Origin: Sphyrna mokarran
Lineage: Eukaryota
Reading direction: 5' to 3'
Length of the DNA: 64,000 nt
NCBI GenBank assembly: GCA_024679065.1
Contig: JAGIQG010000009.1
Coordinates: 92,132,001-92,196,000 of the forward strand
Part shown: positions 36,001 through 45,200 of the stretch, piece after piece
How positions within the stretch are numbered: the stretch's first letter is position 1
Layout of the letters: each line of letters opens with the position of its first letter
Translations under genes and position numbers: made by a program
The notes under the pieces: model-generated
What the model was told of the DNA's origin: nothing
Databases searched by the model: none
The model's input: the letters and a program-made list of their open reading frames with translations, nothing else

Positions 36001-39000
36001 GGGCCGGACTTCGGTAATCAGGTGATTCCATCAAAAAATTGTAGGTTTGAGTGCTGCTGTGATTGTTTAGGGGAAGAGGGCAGTGTACCATTAATATCAC
36101 GAGAATAATATTCCAGAGGTGCAGGGTAATGTTCTGGGGACATAGATTCAATTTGCATCATTCCCAATGCTGGGGATGAGGCACAGTCTCATGAAAGAGA
36201 AAAATTGCACTTTTCTGGGGATAGGATCAGTAATGGACCTGAAAACAGTTAGGTAATTATCTGGCATGTGCATCTCTTGAAAGCCATCCCTAGTAAGCAC
36301 ATCTGAAACAGGTTATTCCTCACAGTTTAGAGATTTGTGTTCCCACAGAGAAGGCCCAGTTCATCTGGTTCAGGCTGTGTACATAGACTTTCCGAAGAAT
36401 TTTTGGAGGGGACTGGTGAGGGGTGATACACCATTGAGAAGCAATGAAGCCCATTGAAAACAAGAGGCATTGTCAGCATGGGTACAGAGTTAGCTGAGCA
36501 GCAAGCATCAGAGAGTATTGGTGCAGGCCTGTGTTACTCAGACTGGAGGAATAGGTTTCTGTATTGCGAGGTGCAAGGTAGAGTGAGTGGCCGATGAAAA
36601 TCCCTAGGCATCTGACTCTTGCTCACTTCAATGCAGCATACACCTTGAAATGGGAAAAAAAAGTGTCTGTCCAACTCTGTTTCCATTAACACAAGATTTA
36701 TTGAAGAAAGAAAGGTGACCAAGCTCATCTTTAAACTTATGCAGTTGTGTCTGAGTGCAAGAGCATTCTCTATTGAAATCTATTGGTGGGATAGCAGCCA
36801 AATGGGTGGGCGCTTCCAAAACTAGGGGCCATAGCTTGAGGTTAAGGGATAAATCTTTTAGAACTGAAGTGAAAAGATATTTCTTCATCCAGAGGGCAGT
36901 GACTATGTGGAATTCACTACCACAGAATGTAGGTGAGATCAAAACATTTTCAAGAAGAAGTTAGATATAGTTCTAGGACTGAAACGAATCACAAGATATG
37001 GAGGGGTGGGGGGGGAGCGGTTGGGGGAGAGGGAAATCAGGATATATCCCTAGAGGTAGGTCCTTATGACAGAATTTGTGAATGCCATAAAGCTCAGACA
37101 TATTGTGAAGTGCAGTAGTCATTAGGATAGATTTTTAAAAGGATGTGAAGAAGCCTCTCAAATGGACAAACAAGAGGCAAATGAATTGTAATGCAGTGAA
37201 GTAGAAATTAAATATAATTTTGTCAGAAGAAAGAGGAATGCAATATAAAATAAGTGATAAAATGTTAAAAGGAGTCCTGGAATTGAAAAATTTTGGAGTA
37301 CATGAAGTTTACTTATTAGTCACAAGTTAAGCTGACATTAACACTCTGAAATTCCCCTTGTCACTACAATCCGGCATCTGTTTGGGTCAATGAACCTAAC
37401 CAGCACGTCTTTCAGAGTGTGGGAAGACATAGCGAAAATGTGCAAACTCCACATCGACAGTGACCCAAACTGGGAATTGAACTTGGATCCCTGGCACTGT
37501 GAAGCAGCAGTGCTAGCCACTGTGCCAGCCAAACATGTGCCTCACATGTGCACAAAATATTGAATGTGACATGGCAGATTGAAAATAAACAGAGTTGTGC
37601 AGAGTGGCAGCACAGTGGCGTCATCATTGGGTATTAGACTTATGGCAATGCTCCAAGGGCCTAGATCTAAATCCCACTATATGGTGAAGTATAAATTTAA
37701 TCGAAACCTAATGGTGACCATGATGCTATCAATCATAATGCAAATCTGTTTGATTCACCAATGGCGTTTAGGGAAATAAATATTTACCTGGTCTGATCCA
37801 CAGATCCACAATGTGGTAGAATTTTAACTGCCCTTTTAAATTGCTACATAATTCAAGAGCAATTAGTCGTAGGCAACATATCCCAAGAAAAAAATAAGTT
37901 ATGATTGAACATTGTGGGACGTAGGATGGCACAGTGGTGAACACTGCTGCCTCACAGTGCCAGGGACTCAGGTTCACTTCACAGCTCAGGTCACTGTCTG
38001 TATGGAGTTTGTTTGTTTCCCCATGTCTGTATGGGTTTCCTCCAGGTGCTCCAGTTTCCTCCCACAGTCCAAAAATGTGTGGGGTTAGGTTGATTGGCTA
38101 TGCTAAAAATTAGCCCTAGCGTCAGTGGGATTAGCGAGGGTAAAAGAATGTGGTTCTGGGAATAGGGCCTGTTTGGATTGTGGTCGGCGAAGGCTCGATG
38201 GGCCGAATAGCCTCCTCCTGCCTGAGATTCTATGATTTTTATATACAAAACCTTGTTCACTTGCAACTGGAGTACTTTAACCAGTTCTAAGCACCGCACT
38301 TTAGAATGGATGTCACAAATTAAGCGGTATTTGCAAGCATGGTTCCGAAATTGAGGCACTGCCATTATGTTGATAGCTTGGAGAAACTTTCTTATTCTGA
38401 ATGAAGATTTGTGAGGTGGTTTTGTGGAAACGTTCAAACACATGCCATATCCAGGCAGTTAGATCAGGAGAAACTGTTCCCATTATGAATGGTTGAAAGC
38501 CAGAAGACACCAATGTAAGGTTAAATAAATGTATGGCAACACAAAGAAACATTTTCAATCATTTTTAAGGCTGGAATGCACTAGTGGAAAGTGTGGTGGA
38601 GGTAGATTTTATGGCACCCCTAGGAGAGGGAACAATGCAGTGCAGGGCCACTGAATTAGGTTAGATATGGCATTTGAATCTCTGGACTTTGTGGTAATTT
38701 GCAGTGATTAAGTCAGCAATGGACATGTTCGACCATATGCCATCATGTGGCAGGTTTGCACTAGTATCAGATTTGGATGCCATGACTATTCACTTTTGAG
38801 CTGAACTTTAAAAAAAACATTTTCAAGTGAGGTAAAGTGAGTGGCTGATGAAAATCCTTTGGCATCTGACTCATGCTCACTTCAATGTAGCATGCACCTT
38901 GAAATGGGAAAAAAAAGTGTCTGTCCAACTCTGTTTCCATTAACACAAGATTTATTGAGGAAAGAAAGGTGACCAGGCTCATCTTTAAACTTATGCAGTT

Positions 39001-39866
39001 GTGTCTGAGCCCAACCACATTCTCTATTGAAATCTATTGGCGGGATAGCAGCCAAATGGGTGGGCGCTTCCAGAACTAGGGGCCATAGCTTGAGGTTAAG
39101 GGATAAACCCTTTTTAGAACTGAAGTGAGAAGACATTTCTTCACCCAGAAGGTGGTGAATATGTGAAATTCACTACCACAGAATATAGTGAGATCAAAAC
39201 ATTGTCTGATTTCAAGAAGTTAGATATAGTTCTAGGATCGAAACGAATCATGAGATGTGGAAGGGTTGACGGGGTCAAGGGTTGGGGAGAGGGAGATCAG
39301 GATATTGAATTTGATGATCCACTATGATCAAGACTAATGGCCAAGTAGGCTTGAAGGACCAAATGGCATAGTCCTACTTCTAGTTCCTATGTTTTTATTT
39401 GCAAATTGCACTTTGCATGGAGACACAAGTGTTCCAAATGATGATTGACATTGAGTTTGATGGCACGGATAATGGAATTGGGAAGAGCATGGTTTCTGGT
39501 AGTGGTGGGAAGAATTATGATCAACATTGCTGAGTACCAGCTTGTTCACAAGTATGCTTCCACCTCAGGGTGTTAGCTGACAGAGTCTTCACAGGCATTA
39601 TGATCATCTACGTTTCAGTTATCCCCATTTGGTACGATCTTAGACATATCCTCACAGAAGAATGTGCTAAACTGATCATGCTTGATTGAATTGACTAAAA
39701 GATTGGGAAGTAACCATTTTGGTAATCACAGTTGACTAAAAAGCTAGTTCACTGAATCATCATAAAATGGAAATAGACATGACTGTATTCATTACACTGC
39801 TCCGTGCAATCACCCTTATATTGTCTAACACTTATTTTTCATTTTCTAGAGTACCATGGTGTCTAA
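5980..39866 (+). CDS. Non-classical MHC class I heavy chain, 6 coding exons: join(5980..6046,22234..22494,24437..24712,25540..25806,31642..31758,39850..39866), 334 aa
   Basis: All five introns are GT-AG and phase 1, as in MHC class I genes. Exon lengths 67+261+276+267+117+17 = 1005 nt give an uninterrupted frame: leader, alpha1 (GSHSL..NQT), alpha2 (C101-C164 pair), alpha3 (C1-set Ig), TM and short tail. The lineage cannot be assigned without a search. The last exon is the least certain. Confidence 0.9.
7590..7905 (+). mobile_element. HE1-like V-SINE
   Basis: tRNA-like head (agtgattagcaatgctgcct…gggttcagttc), V core and CR1-like tail. Confidence 0.75.
7905..8435 (-). mobile_element. CR1 3' fragment
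   Basis: Minus ORF HSLRIQDRPFRMDIRRNFLTQR..LCNSLP. Confidence 0.75.
9730..11370. mobile_element. Cluster of degraded CR1 3' fragments (mixed orientation)
   Basis: [19 protein letters not shown]-type remnants on both strands. Confidence 0.7.
12352..12543 (+). pseudogene. C-terminal fragment of CR1 ORF1p (SGNH esterase-like)
   Basis: NETLQLNAWMRDWCRAEGFIFIDHWEVFRREGHLFTRDREQLTGRGTHILAGRLAGVFQKCLN* aligns with the ORF1 at 43172-43714 ([20 protein letters not shown]…[15 protein letters not shown]). Confidence 0.85.
12531..15437 (+). CDS. CR1 ORF2p: APE endonuclease + reverse transcriptase (968 aa)
   Basis: Uninterrupted ORF. APE motifs NARS, VTETW, GDFN, SDH. RT motifs [25 protein letters not shown]. 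Confidence 0.95.
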   Translation: MFKLIGREGGETAGTGSGIERDDRVTPEGRKEYPRAEGLQCMCFNARSVTGKTDELKAIMFTRSLDVVAVTETWLKEGQDWQLNIPGYKCFRCDRVGVKRGGGVALLVKDNIIAVQRERGMDDLGIESLWVELRNRKGVVTLLGVYYRPPNSPQAAEEGICRDILDKCRKNRVVVVGDFNFPGVDWSVPRAVGVDGEEFVQCVLEGSLEQYVDGPTREGAILDLVLGNEPGQVVDVEVGEQVSNSDHNSVCFRILMEKDETGPKGRVFNWGRARYGQIRQDLKDTDWDKLFEGRSTRYMWESFKGKLNSLQERYVPARRKDGKGRIREPWLTREIEDLIKKKREAYIRSRQLGTEIALEAYRDCRRDLKRGIRKAKRGHEVALAGRIKENPKAFYTYVRSKRMVRGKIGPLRDRGGDLCLEPEGMGEILNEYFASVFTQETGQMSVPDVDKVEDWLREIRITRKEVLGLLGSLKTYKAPGPDGIYPRLLRELREDLAGPLTQIFVSSLDTGEVPEDWRIANVVPFFKKGQRDHPGNYRPVSLTSVIGKLMERILRDRMYEHLERCDLIRDTQHGFVKGKSCLTNLVEFFEEVTKTVDEGQAVDVVYMDFSKAFDKVPHGRLIEKVKAHGIQGRVCRWVENWLGRRRQRVVVEGSFSDWKPVTSGVPQGSVLGPLLFVVYINDLEVGVGGEISKFADDTKMLGLAGTEEQCQAIQQDIDRLVDWADRWQMEFNPEKCEVMHFGRKNVEENYRIKGKTIRSIETQRDLGVQVHKSLKVSSQVEKVTKKAYSMLAFIEKGIEYKSRSLMLQLYTTLVRPHLEYCAQFWSPYYRKDVESLERVQRRFTRMLPGMEGLSYEERLDRLGLFSLERRRLRGDLIEVYKIIRGIDRVNGGKLFPPLEMDRTRGHGHRVRGAMYRTNIRGQFFTQRVVGVWNALPSKVVGAGTLGLFKGLLDSHMSGMQIEGYIRTV
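16617..17641 (+). mobile_element. Penelope-like element remnant (GIY-YIG end) with inverted pseudo-LTRs, TSD AGGTAT
   Basis: Arms 16659-16934 and 17365-17641 are reverse complements. The interior encodes a degenerate GIY-YIG C-terminus (…YIG.T.QTL…RRVAEQRLIAKFHT…LNRDLGF). AGGTAT at 16611-16616 and 17642-17647 splits a minus-strand SINE. Confidence 0.85.
17557..17592 (+). ncRNA. Minimal hammerhead-ribozyme-like motif in Penelope pLTR
   Basis: TCAC-CTGACGA-A-GAGG(GAAA)CCTC-GAAA-ACTT-GTGA: core boxes CUGANGA and GAAA, stem II hairpin, stem I TCAC/GTGA. Confidence 0.55.
18760..19360 (+). mobile_element. CR1 3' fragment
   Basis: ERVQRKFTR…LFSLE..RL.G.LTEVYKIM and a CR1 tail. Confidence 0.75.
22234..22494 (+). 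CDS. MHC class I exon 2 (alpha1 domain)
   Basis: Acceptor tttgtcctag|GG, donor A|GTAAGT. Translation GSHSLLYQYILNHGFSHLPQCSFIGFLDGCETDYYDNTLSIAIPRQKWLAEAFDKNFWKEFTVTIKSFHGIIKEQFDTWLQENNQTA contains the class I hallmarks GSHSL, G26/D29, PR..W51, W60 and the N86 sequon. Confidence 0.95.
23232..23800 (+). mobile_element. HE1-like V-SINE split by a palindromic insertion (23463-23700)
   Basis: tRNA head ggcacagtggcacaatagttagtactgctgcc and V core; the SINE resumes at 23701. Confidence 0.7.
23463..23700. mobile_element. Short palindromic non-autonomous element (probably Penelope-derived) with 13-bp TSD
   Basis: The two halves are imperfect reverse complements. Flanks aaatccatggggt (23450-23462) and aaatacatggtgt (23701-23713). 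Related half-copies occur near 6400-6510, 16240-16310 and 55860-55985. Confidence 0.6.
24437..24712 (+). CDS. MHC class I exon 3 (alpha2 domain)
   Basis: Acceptor gtttcag|GT, donor G|GTAAGT. Translation SIHYIQGLFGCEVNGSKASGGILKLAFDGRYAFSFDINTLVWTVHDPVAKELKVKWDKEETMNRYFKSLIINDCVALWQLYYAVGNTFLSRK shows H93, Q96, GC101, DG, W133, KW147, C164 and Y171. Confidence 0.95.
24800..25370 (+). mobile_element. Degraded CR1 3' fragment in MHC intron 3
   Basis: ORF2-end remnants and tail gatgggctga…cctcttctgcaccctgtgattctatgatt. Confidence 0.7.
25540..25806 (+). CDS. MHC class I exon 4 (alpha3, C1-set Ig domain)
   Basis: Acceptor ctcatccag|TT, donor G|GTGAGG. Translation VIPQVSVTAREGPGWFLQCAVRGFHPQSINVTWLKNGSQVPETKSTGLLPNEDGTYQLTTTLQFDPYDGKQYGCHIEHISLPDGKTVLW contains C..GFHP..I.VTW, LPNEDGTYQ and Y.C.IEH.SL motifs. 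Confidence 0.95.
27600..30090 (+). mobile_element. RTE-clade LINE (BovB-like), degenerate APE + RT
   Basis: Motifs RPERRTALVARE.ARYNID..VLSETRL, ISVYAPT, LGDFNAR, HWHLID, CGADC..D.RL, HDWFDEND, FVDL.KAFDTV, KQ.CVLAPTLF. Multiple stops and frameshifts. Confidence 0.88.
29563..29736 (-). mobile_element. Short CR1 3' end inserted into the RTE element, TSD GTATCA
   Basis: (tagaaca)n tail in reverse. GTATCA at 29557-29562 and 29737-29742; removing the insert restores RTE RQCQEKYQEQNHELYTTFVDL. Confidence 0.85.
31642..31758 (+). CDS. MHC class I exon 5 (connecting peptide/transmembrane)
   Basis: Acceptor atatttcag|AA, donor G|GTAAGG. Translation ERKMREDKHIGLIIAAVVVMLAVILVVIVLVYKKWKKQR has a 22-residue hydrophobic helix followed by a basic stop-transfer cluster. 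Confidence 0.92.
32470..34175 (-). mobile_element. Degraded CR1 LINE (RT region to 3' end)
   Basis: Minus ORFs [42 protein letters not shown]. Confidence 0.85.
34940..35630 (-). mobile_element. CR1 3' fragment
   Basis: Minus ORF EYCVQFWS…[13 protein letters not shown]. Confidence 0.8.
36576..39305 (+). repeat. Local direct duplication of about 470 bp (36576-37045 and 38830-39305)
   Basis: Both copies read aggta.agtgagtgg..gatgaaaatcc…gaaatgggaaaaaaaagtgtctgtccaactctgtttccattaacacaag…ggga.atcaggatat. Confidence 0.9.
37925..38235 (+). mobile_element. Full-length HE1-like V-SINE
   Basis: Head ggcacagtggt..acactgctgcctcacagtgccagggac..aggttc, V core, tail gctcgatgggccgaatagcctcct…gattctatgatt. 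Confidence 0.85.
39850..39866 (+). CDS. MHC class I terminal coding exon (cytoplasmic tail EYHGV*)
   Basis: Strong acceptor: branch point CTAAC (39825-39829), long pyrimidine tract, TTCTAG|. In phase 1 it reads (G)AG TAC CAT GGT GTC TAA. It is followed by non-repetitive AT-rich 3' UTR-like DNA with ATTAAA at 40126-40131. Confidence 0.7.
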
Positions 39867-40125
39867 GCAATACCTGTGAGAGGTTAAACAGCAGAGTTGA
39901 ATTGGAACCAAGGACATATTGAAAGTAATCTGAAAATCAATCACTTTATGACAAAGTCGAGGCCACTTGTATAAATACTTGACACACACTTTATGCTTGC
40001 ATCATTTTATTAACATTTATTCCTTTCCTCAGTATTGAAGGAAACATTGCTGATTCAAATCAGAATTGCATAAACTGCTGCTACATGTTACATGAGCACA
40101 ATGCAGAATTAATTCATTTCTGGCA

Positions 40126-40131
40126 ATTAAA
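40126..40131 (+). terminator. Candidate poly(A) signal (ATTAAA) of the MHC class I gene
   Basis: ATTAAA 260 nt after the stop, followed by a GT-rich tract (tgtgttttgtg). Confidence 0.4.
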
Positions 40132-40619
40132 ATGTGTTTTGTGAATATTGATGCATTCCTAATTAGCAGAAGCTTGAACATTGATCTGATCTAACATTGA
40201 TCTTGCGTGCTGGAACATTGAAGATGGGAATTCTATTAAATCACTGGGTGTACAGCAGGGATATCCTTTCCGCAGACTCAGTTCACCAGCTGCGTCCACA
40301 ATACCCAAAAACCTATTCAGTCCGATAACTGCAATGCCAATGTTACTCTTCTGCTGCCAACTCTATGATTACAATAGGAATTAGTAAAATAGGCATAGCT
40401 TAACTTCTGGCCAATGTGCAAAATGTGTAGGAGAAACCTGGCAAGTGAGCAAAGGCATCTCCAGAAAGTCAAGTAGAATAGTTAAAATGTTGTAAGCTGC
40501 AAATGGATTCAGGGAATACTTGAAGTGAAAATGATAAATATCAGAGTGGGGCATAACTGCAAACTTTCAGTCTATTGATTCCACGATTCCATAATGTTGA
40601 CCGAGTTGCAAATGTACGT

Positions 40620-41296
40620 TGTGCAAGTGTAAGATTTGCAACCCAATCAACATTATCTACCTGATACCCTGCAGGAAATAATGTCCCAAGACATGGTACA
40701 TTGGGGAGACCATGCAGACGCCATGACAATGGGTGAATGAACACCACTTGACAATCACCAGGCAAGAGTGTTCTCTTCCTGTTAGGGAACACTTCAGGGT
40801 GTCACAGACATTCAGTCTCTGAACTTTGGGTAAGCATTCTCCAAGGTGGCCTTCACAACACACGACAGCACAGAGTCGCTGAGCAGAGACTGATAGCCAA
40901 GTTTTGCACATGAGGACAGCCTTAACCAAGATCTTGGGCTCACATCACACTATCTGTAATCCTCATGACTTGCCTGGACTTGCAAAATCTCACTAACCAT
41001 TCTGTCTGGAGACAATATACATCTTTTTAACCTGTGCTTAACATTCTCTCCACTCACATTGTCTATACCTTTGAGACTTGATTACCTGTAAAGATTCATA
41101 TTCCAACCATTATTTTGTAATTTGACTTTGTGTCTTTATATGCCCTGCTTATGAATAGAACTTCCACTCAGCTGATGAAAGAACAGCTCCAATCGCTAGT
41201 GATTTTACTAGTGAATAAATCTGTTGGACTTTAACCTGGTGTTGTGAGACTTCTTACTGTGTTTACCCTAGTTCAACATCAGCATCTCCACGTCAT
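40620..41296 (+). mobile_element. Penelope-like element remnant (GIY-YIG end + pLTR) between the two genes
   Basis: Same family as 16617-17641 (tacattggggagaccatgcagac…gctgagcagagactgatagccaag…gttgtgagacttcttactgtgtttac). Degenerate CTGATGA motif at 41172. Confidence 0.8.
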
Positions 41297-41318
41297 CACT
41301 TTAATTAGCCAGCTATTG

Positions 41319-42223
41319 TTACACACTGTGTTTAACATCTTTTTTTTTAATAATTAGAGTTACTGGATATTTAAACAGGTTCTTTAATACCTCTCTGAAT
41401 TTAGTCTGGGACACTGCATAAATAATGGTATTTGAGCAGGAACTTAAATGCTGCAGCATATATCCTGTTTGCTCCATAATGGTGAAAGGATTACTATAGT
41501 CTGTGTGTAAGTATTGAATTTCCATAATCTGTACACAGATATAATGAACAAAAGTTACCGACCATAATAGTATAAAGCTGCCAGATATGGCCAACAGTAA
41601 AACAATGGATTTTTTTCGGTTTTCCATTTCCGGGTCGTTATCACTGTTCCGCAGACTTCTTCTAACCTTGCTTGTGAGCACAATGTGCCTGATGGTCAAG
41701 CCATTGAGTATCAGAATCAAGAGGAAGGGAATAAAAGGCATTAGAACAATGTCAACCCACAAGAATGTAACCCATATAGGTTCTGTATAGAGGCTTAACT
41801 TTACATTGCAGAACCATAATACATTGTTGATTATTATGTGAGGTTCAAATGTAAAATAAATTGGGATGTTTTCCAGAATACTCAGCCCACATATTATCGC
41901 TACAACCACTCCCGCAGTTTTTTCAGTGCAATATTGTGTTCTTAATTTTTGCCAACAAATGGCAACAAATCGGTCAAAGGTGAAAGCTACGGTTAGCCAG
42001 ACGGAACATTCAATAGAAGCAAAAATTAAGAAGAAATTCAGGCTGCAGACAGGAGTGATGTCCAGGAAGGAATCTGGAAAATAGATTTCATTCATCTCGT
42101 ATAGGATCACGTCAACAATCAGGACAAGTAGATCTGTCGCTGCCATGGAAACCAAGTAAACAGTGATGCATTTGGAGAGGCCACATTTCCCCCGGGAAAG
42201 GATCACAATGGTTAAAAGGTTAG
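41319..42223 (-). CDS. GPR139/142-like GPCR exon 2 (TM1 end to TM7 and C-tail)
   Basis: Lies within ORF 41319..42326. The true start is the acceptor (minus strand ...gcaatttcag|CT AAC CTT) at 42223. The ORF-track N-terminus MHEEKVQ… is intronic. Confidence 0.92.
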
Positions 42224-45200
42224 CTGAAATTGCAGAAGCAGTGAAATAAATCAGGAAAGAAGATTTGAAAAAAGAAATTGCACATGATAAACTGCAATAA
42301 TTAGTCTGGACTTTCTCTTCATGCAAAACATTTACTTTCTGCCTAGTTAAAAGGAGAAATTCTGAAGGTACCTGACTATTTAGCCATTCACAAAATATTT
42401 AGTGCTGGAATCACCATGGAAAATGTCTAATAAGGTGTTCTGATATTGAAATTTCCAGCTCTCATTTACTATCTTTTCCATTCAGACAACTTTAGGCAAA
42501 TCAATGAATTCACATTTTATTGGAGTATCTTCATAAAATTAATAACTTGTTTACAAATCTCAAGCTCTATTTGTTAATATTTCAGAAATAACACTTCTAG
42601 AGCCAGAAACCTTTTCAGCACAAGGAGATATTTTAGTCCATCAAGTTCATGTTATTCCCTGAAGTACAATCCAGTCAATCCCCAAAGGCTTGAAGGATCA
42701 GTTCTAAGCTGAGTCTGTCTAAATTTCCTTCAAAGGAAAAGTGCCCATTCTATATATTAGTCTTATAAAACTTCTCTGAACTGATTTTGTTTACACTTTT
42801 TCTTAAAGAAGGTGACCAATTTTGTACATAATACTCCAAATGTTGTCTCACAAGGAACTGGAAATGCAGCTTGAGGACCTTCATCTCATTAGAGAGAATG
42901 AGGACTTAATTGTTAGGAGCTATCGGCAAGTGGTCACAACAGGGCAACGGGAAGAAGGCACGTGGGTAACTATTAGGAAGGGGAAACCTCAGGTGATGGA
43001 GAGCATGCTGGTGGATGTCCCCCTTCATAATAAGTACTCCTGCCTGAGTACTACTGGGGGGAGACAGCTCATCCGAGGGAAGCAGCGGTGGCCAGCTCTC
43101 TAGAGCTGAGCCGTACGTCAAAAAACTAAGAAAAAGAGAGAAGCAAGGCAGTACTAATAGGGGACTCTATAGTGAGGGGTTCAGACAGGCGTTTTTGTGG
43201 ACGCAGACGAGAGTCGCGGATGGTGGTTTGTCTCCCTGGAGCTGGGATCCGAGATGTCTCTGGACACCTCCCTGACATCCTGAAAGGGGAGGGTGAGGAA
43301 CCTGAAGTTGTAGTTCATATAGGTACTGCAGACATAGGCAGGAAGAGGGAGGCAGTCATGAATAGGGATTATAGGAAACTGGGTAGGAAGCTGAGGAAGA
43401 GGAAAGTGAAGGTAGTTATCTCAGGATTGCTGCCTGCGCCTCAGGAAAATGACAGCAGGAATGGAATGAGATGGAGGGTGAATGCATGGCTGAGGGACTG
43501 GAGCAGGGGGCAGAGATTCCGGATCCTGGATCATTGGGACCTCTTTAGGGGCAGGTGTGACCTGTACAGTAAGGATGGGTGGCACTTGAATCCGAGGGGG
43601 ACTAATATCTTGGCGGGAATATTGGCTAGGGCTACTGGGGGGACTTTAAACGAGAAAGGTTGGGGGGAGGAAATATTGATGAGACTGAGAACAAGGAGGT
43701 TAGTTCCCAGGTAGGGAAGGACTGTAGACAGAATGAGGGAGGTTAGAGGGGTGGTAGAAAAGGGAAATATCCTGACTGAAGTGCTGAGGTGTGTCTATTT
43801 TAACACCAGGAGTGTAGTAAATAAGGTAGATGAGCTTCGGGCATGGATTGCTGCTTGGGAATGTGATGTGGTGGCCATTACAGGGACTTGGTTGTCTCAG
43901 GGACAGGACTGGGTACTTCAGGTGCCGGGATTCAGGTGCTTCAGGAGGGACAGGGTTGAGGGCAAAAGATGTGGTGGTGTGGCACTGTTGATCGGGGACA
44001 GTGTCATGGCTGCAGAGAAGGTGGATGACGTGGAGGGAATGTCTACGGAGTCTCTGTGGGTGGAAGTTAGGAACAGCAAAGGGTTGATAACTTTGCTGGG
44101 TATATTCTATAGGCCGCCCAGTAGTGACAGGGAAGTTGAGATGCAGATAAGGAAACGGATCCTAGAAAGATGTAGAAATAACAGAGTTGTCATGATGGGA
44201 GATTTCAATTTCCCAAACATCGACTGGAATATCCCAAAGGTAAGGGGTTTGGATGGGGAAGAGTTTGTTAGGTGTGTTCAGGAAGGTTTCCTGACACAGT
44301 ATGTGGACAAGCCTACAAGAGGAGAGGCTATACTTGATCTGGTGCTGGCTAATGAGCCGGGACAGGTGTTGGATCTCTCGGTAGGAGAGCATCTTGGAGA
44401 TTGAGATCATAATTCTATCTCCTTCATGATAGCAATGGAAAGAGATAGGATCAGGCAGGATAGGAAGGTGTTTGTCTGGATTAAGGGGAAATATGAAGAC
44501 ATCAGGCAGGTAATTGGATGAATAAACTGGAAGGAGGTGTTCTTGGAGAAAAGCACAGAAGGAAGGTGGTGGATATTCAAGGAATATTGGTCTGGAGCTC
44601 TGCACGACAACGTTCCGAGGAGACAAGGAGGTTTTGGTAGGACGCAGGAACCATGGTGCACGAAGGTTGTGGTGAACCTAGTCAGGAAGAAAAGAAAGGT
44701 GTATAAAAGGTTCAGAGAGCTAGGATATGTTAGGGATCTTGAGGAGTATAAGGCTTGTAGGAAAGAGCTTAAAAAGGAAATTAGGAGAGCCAGAAGGGGT
44801 CATGAGAAGGCCTTGGTGGGTAAGATTCAGGAGAATCCCAAGGCCTTCTACAAATATGTGAAAAGTAAAAGGATGAGAAGAGAAGGGATAGGACCTATAA
44901 AAGGTGAAGGGGGAAAAGTCTGTGTGAATCCGGAAGAAATGGCAGAGGTGCTTAACGAGTACTTTGCCTCGGTATTCACGGTGGAAAGTGAACTGGGAGA
45001 TTGCACTGCAGGTTTGAGGCATACGGAAAAGATTGAGTATGTGGATGTTAGGAAAGAGGATGTGTTAGACCTGTTAAATTCTATCAAGATAGACAAGTCG
45101 CCGGGACCGGATGGGATGTACCCCAGGTTATTGTGGGAGGTGAGGGAAGTGGTTGCAGAGCCCCTGGCAATGATCTTTGCGTCGTCCATGGAAACGGGAG

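Noticed and set aside
36695-36713. Possible 19-nt micro-exon (aag|ATTTATTGAAGAAAGAAAG|gtgacc) in the duplicated intron segment
   Set aside because: Weak AAG acceptor, changes the frame, and has no protein-level support.
37925-38000. tRNA-like sequences (also near 7600, 23235 and 57100)
   Set aside because: These are SINE heads followed by V core and LINE tail; no complete cloverleaf.
42224-42326. ORF-track N-terminus MHEEKVQ… suggesting a single-exon 335-aa GPCR
   Set aside because: This stretch is the intron's pyrimidine tract. A proper exon 1 with ATG, GTAAGT donor and the YYPIL..IGVP motif exists at 54218-54287.
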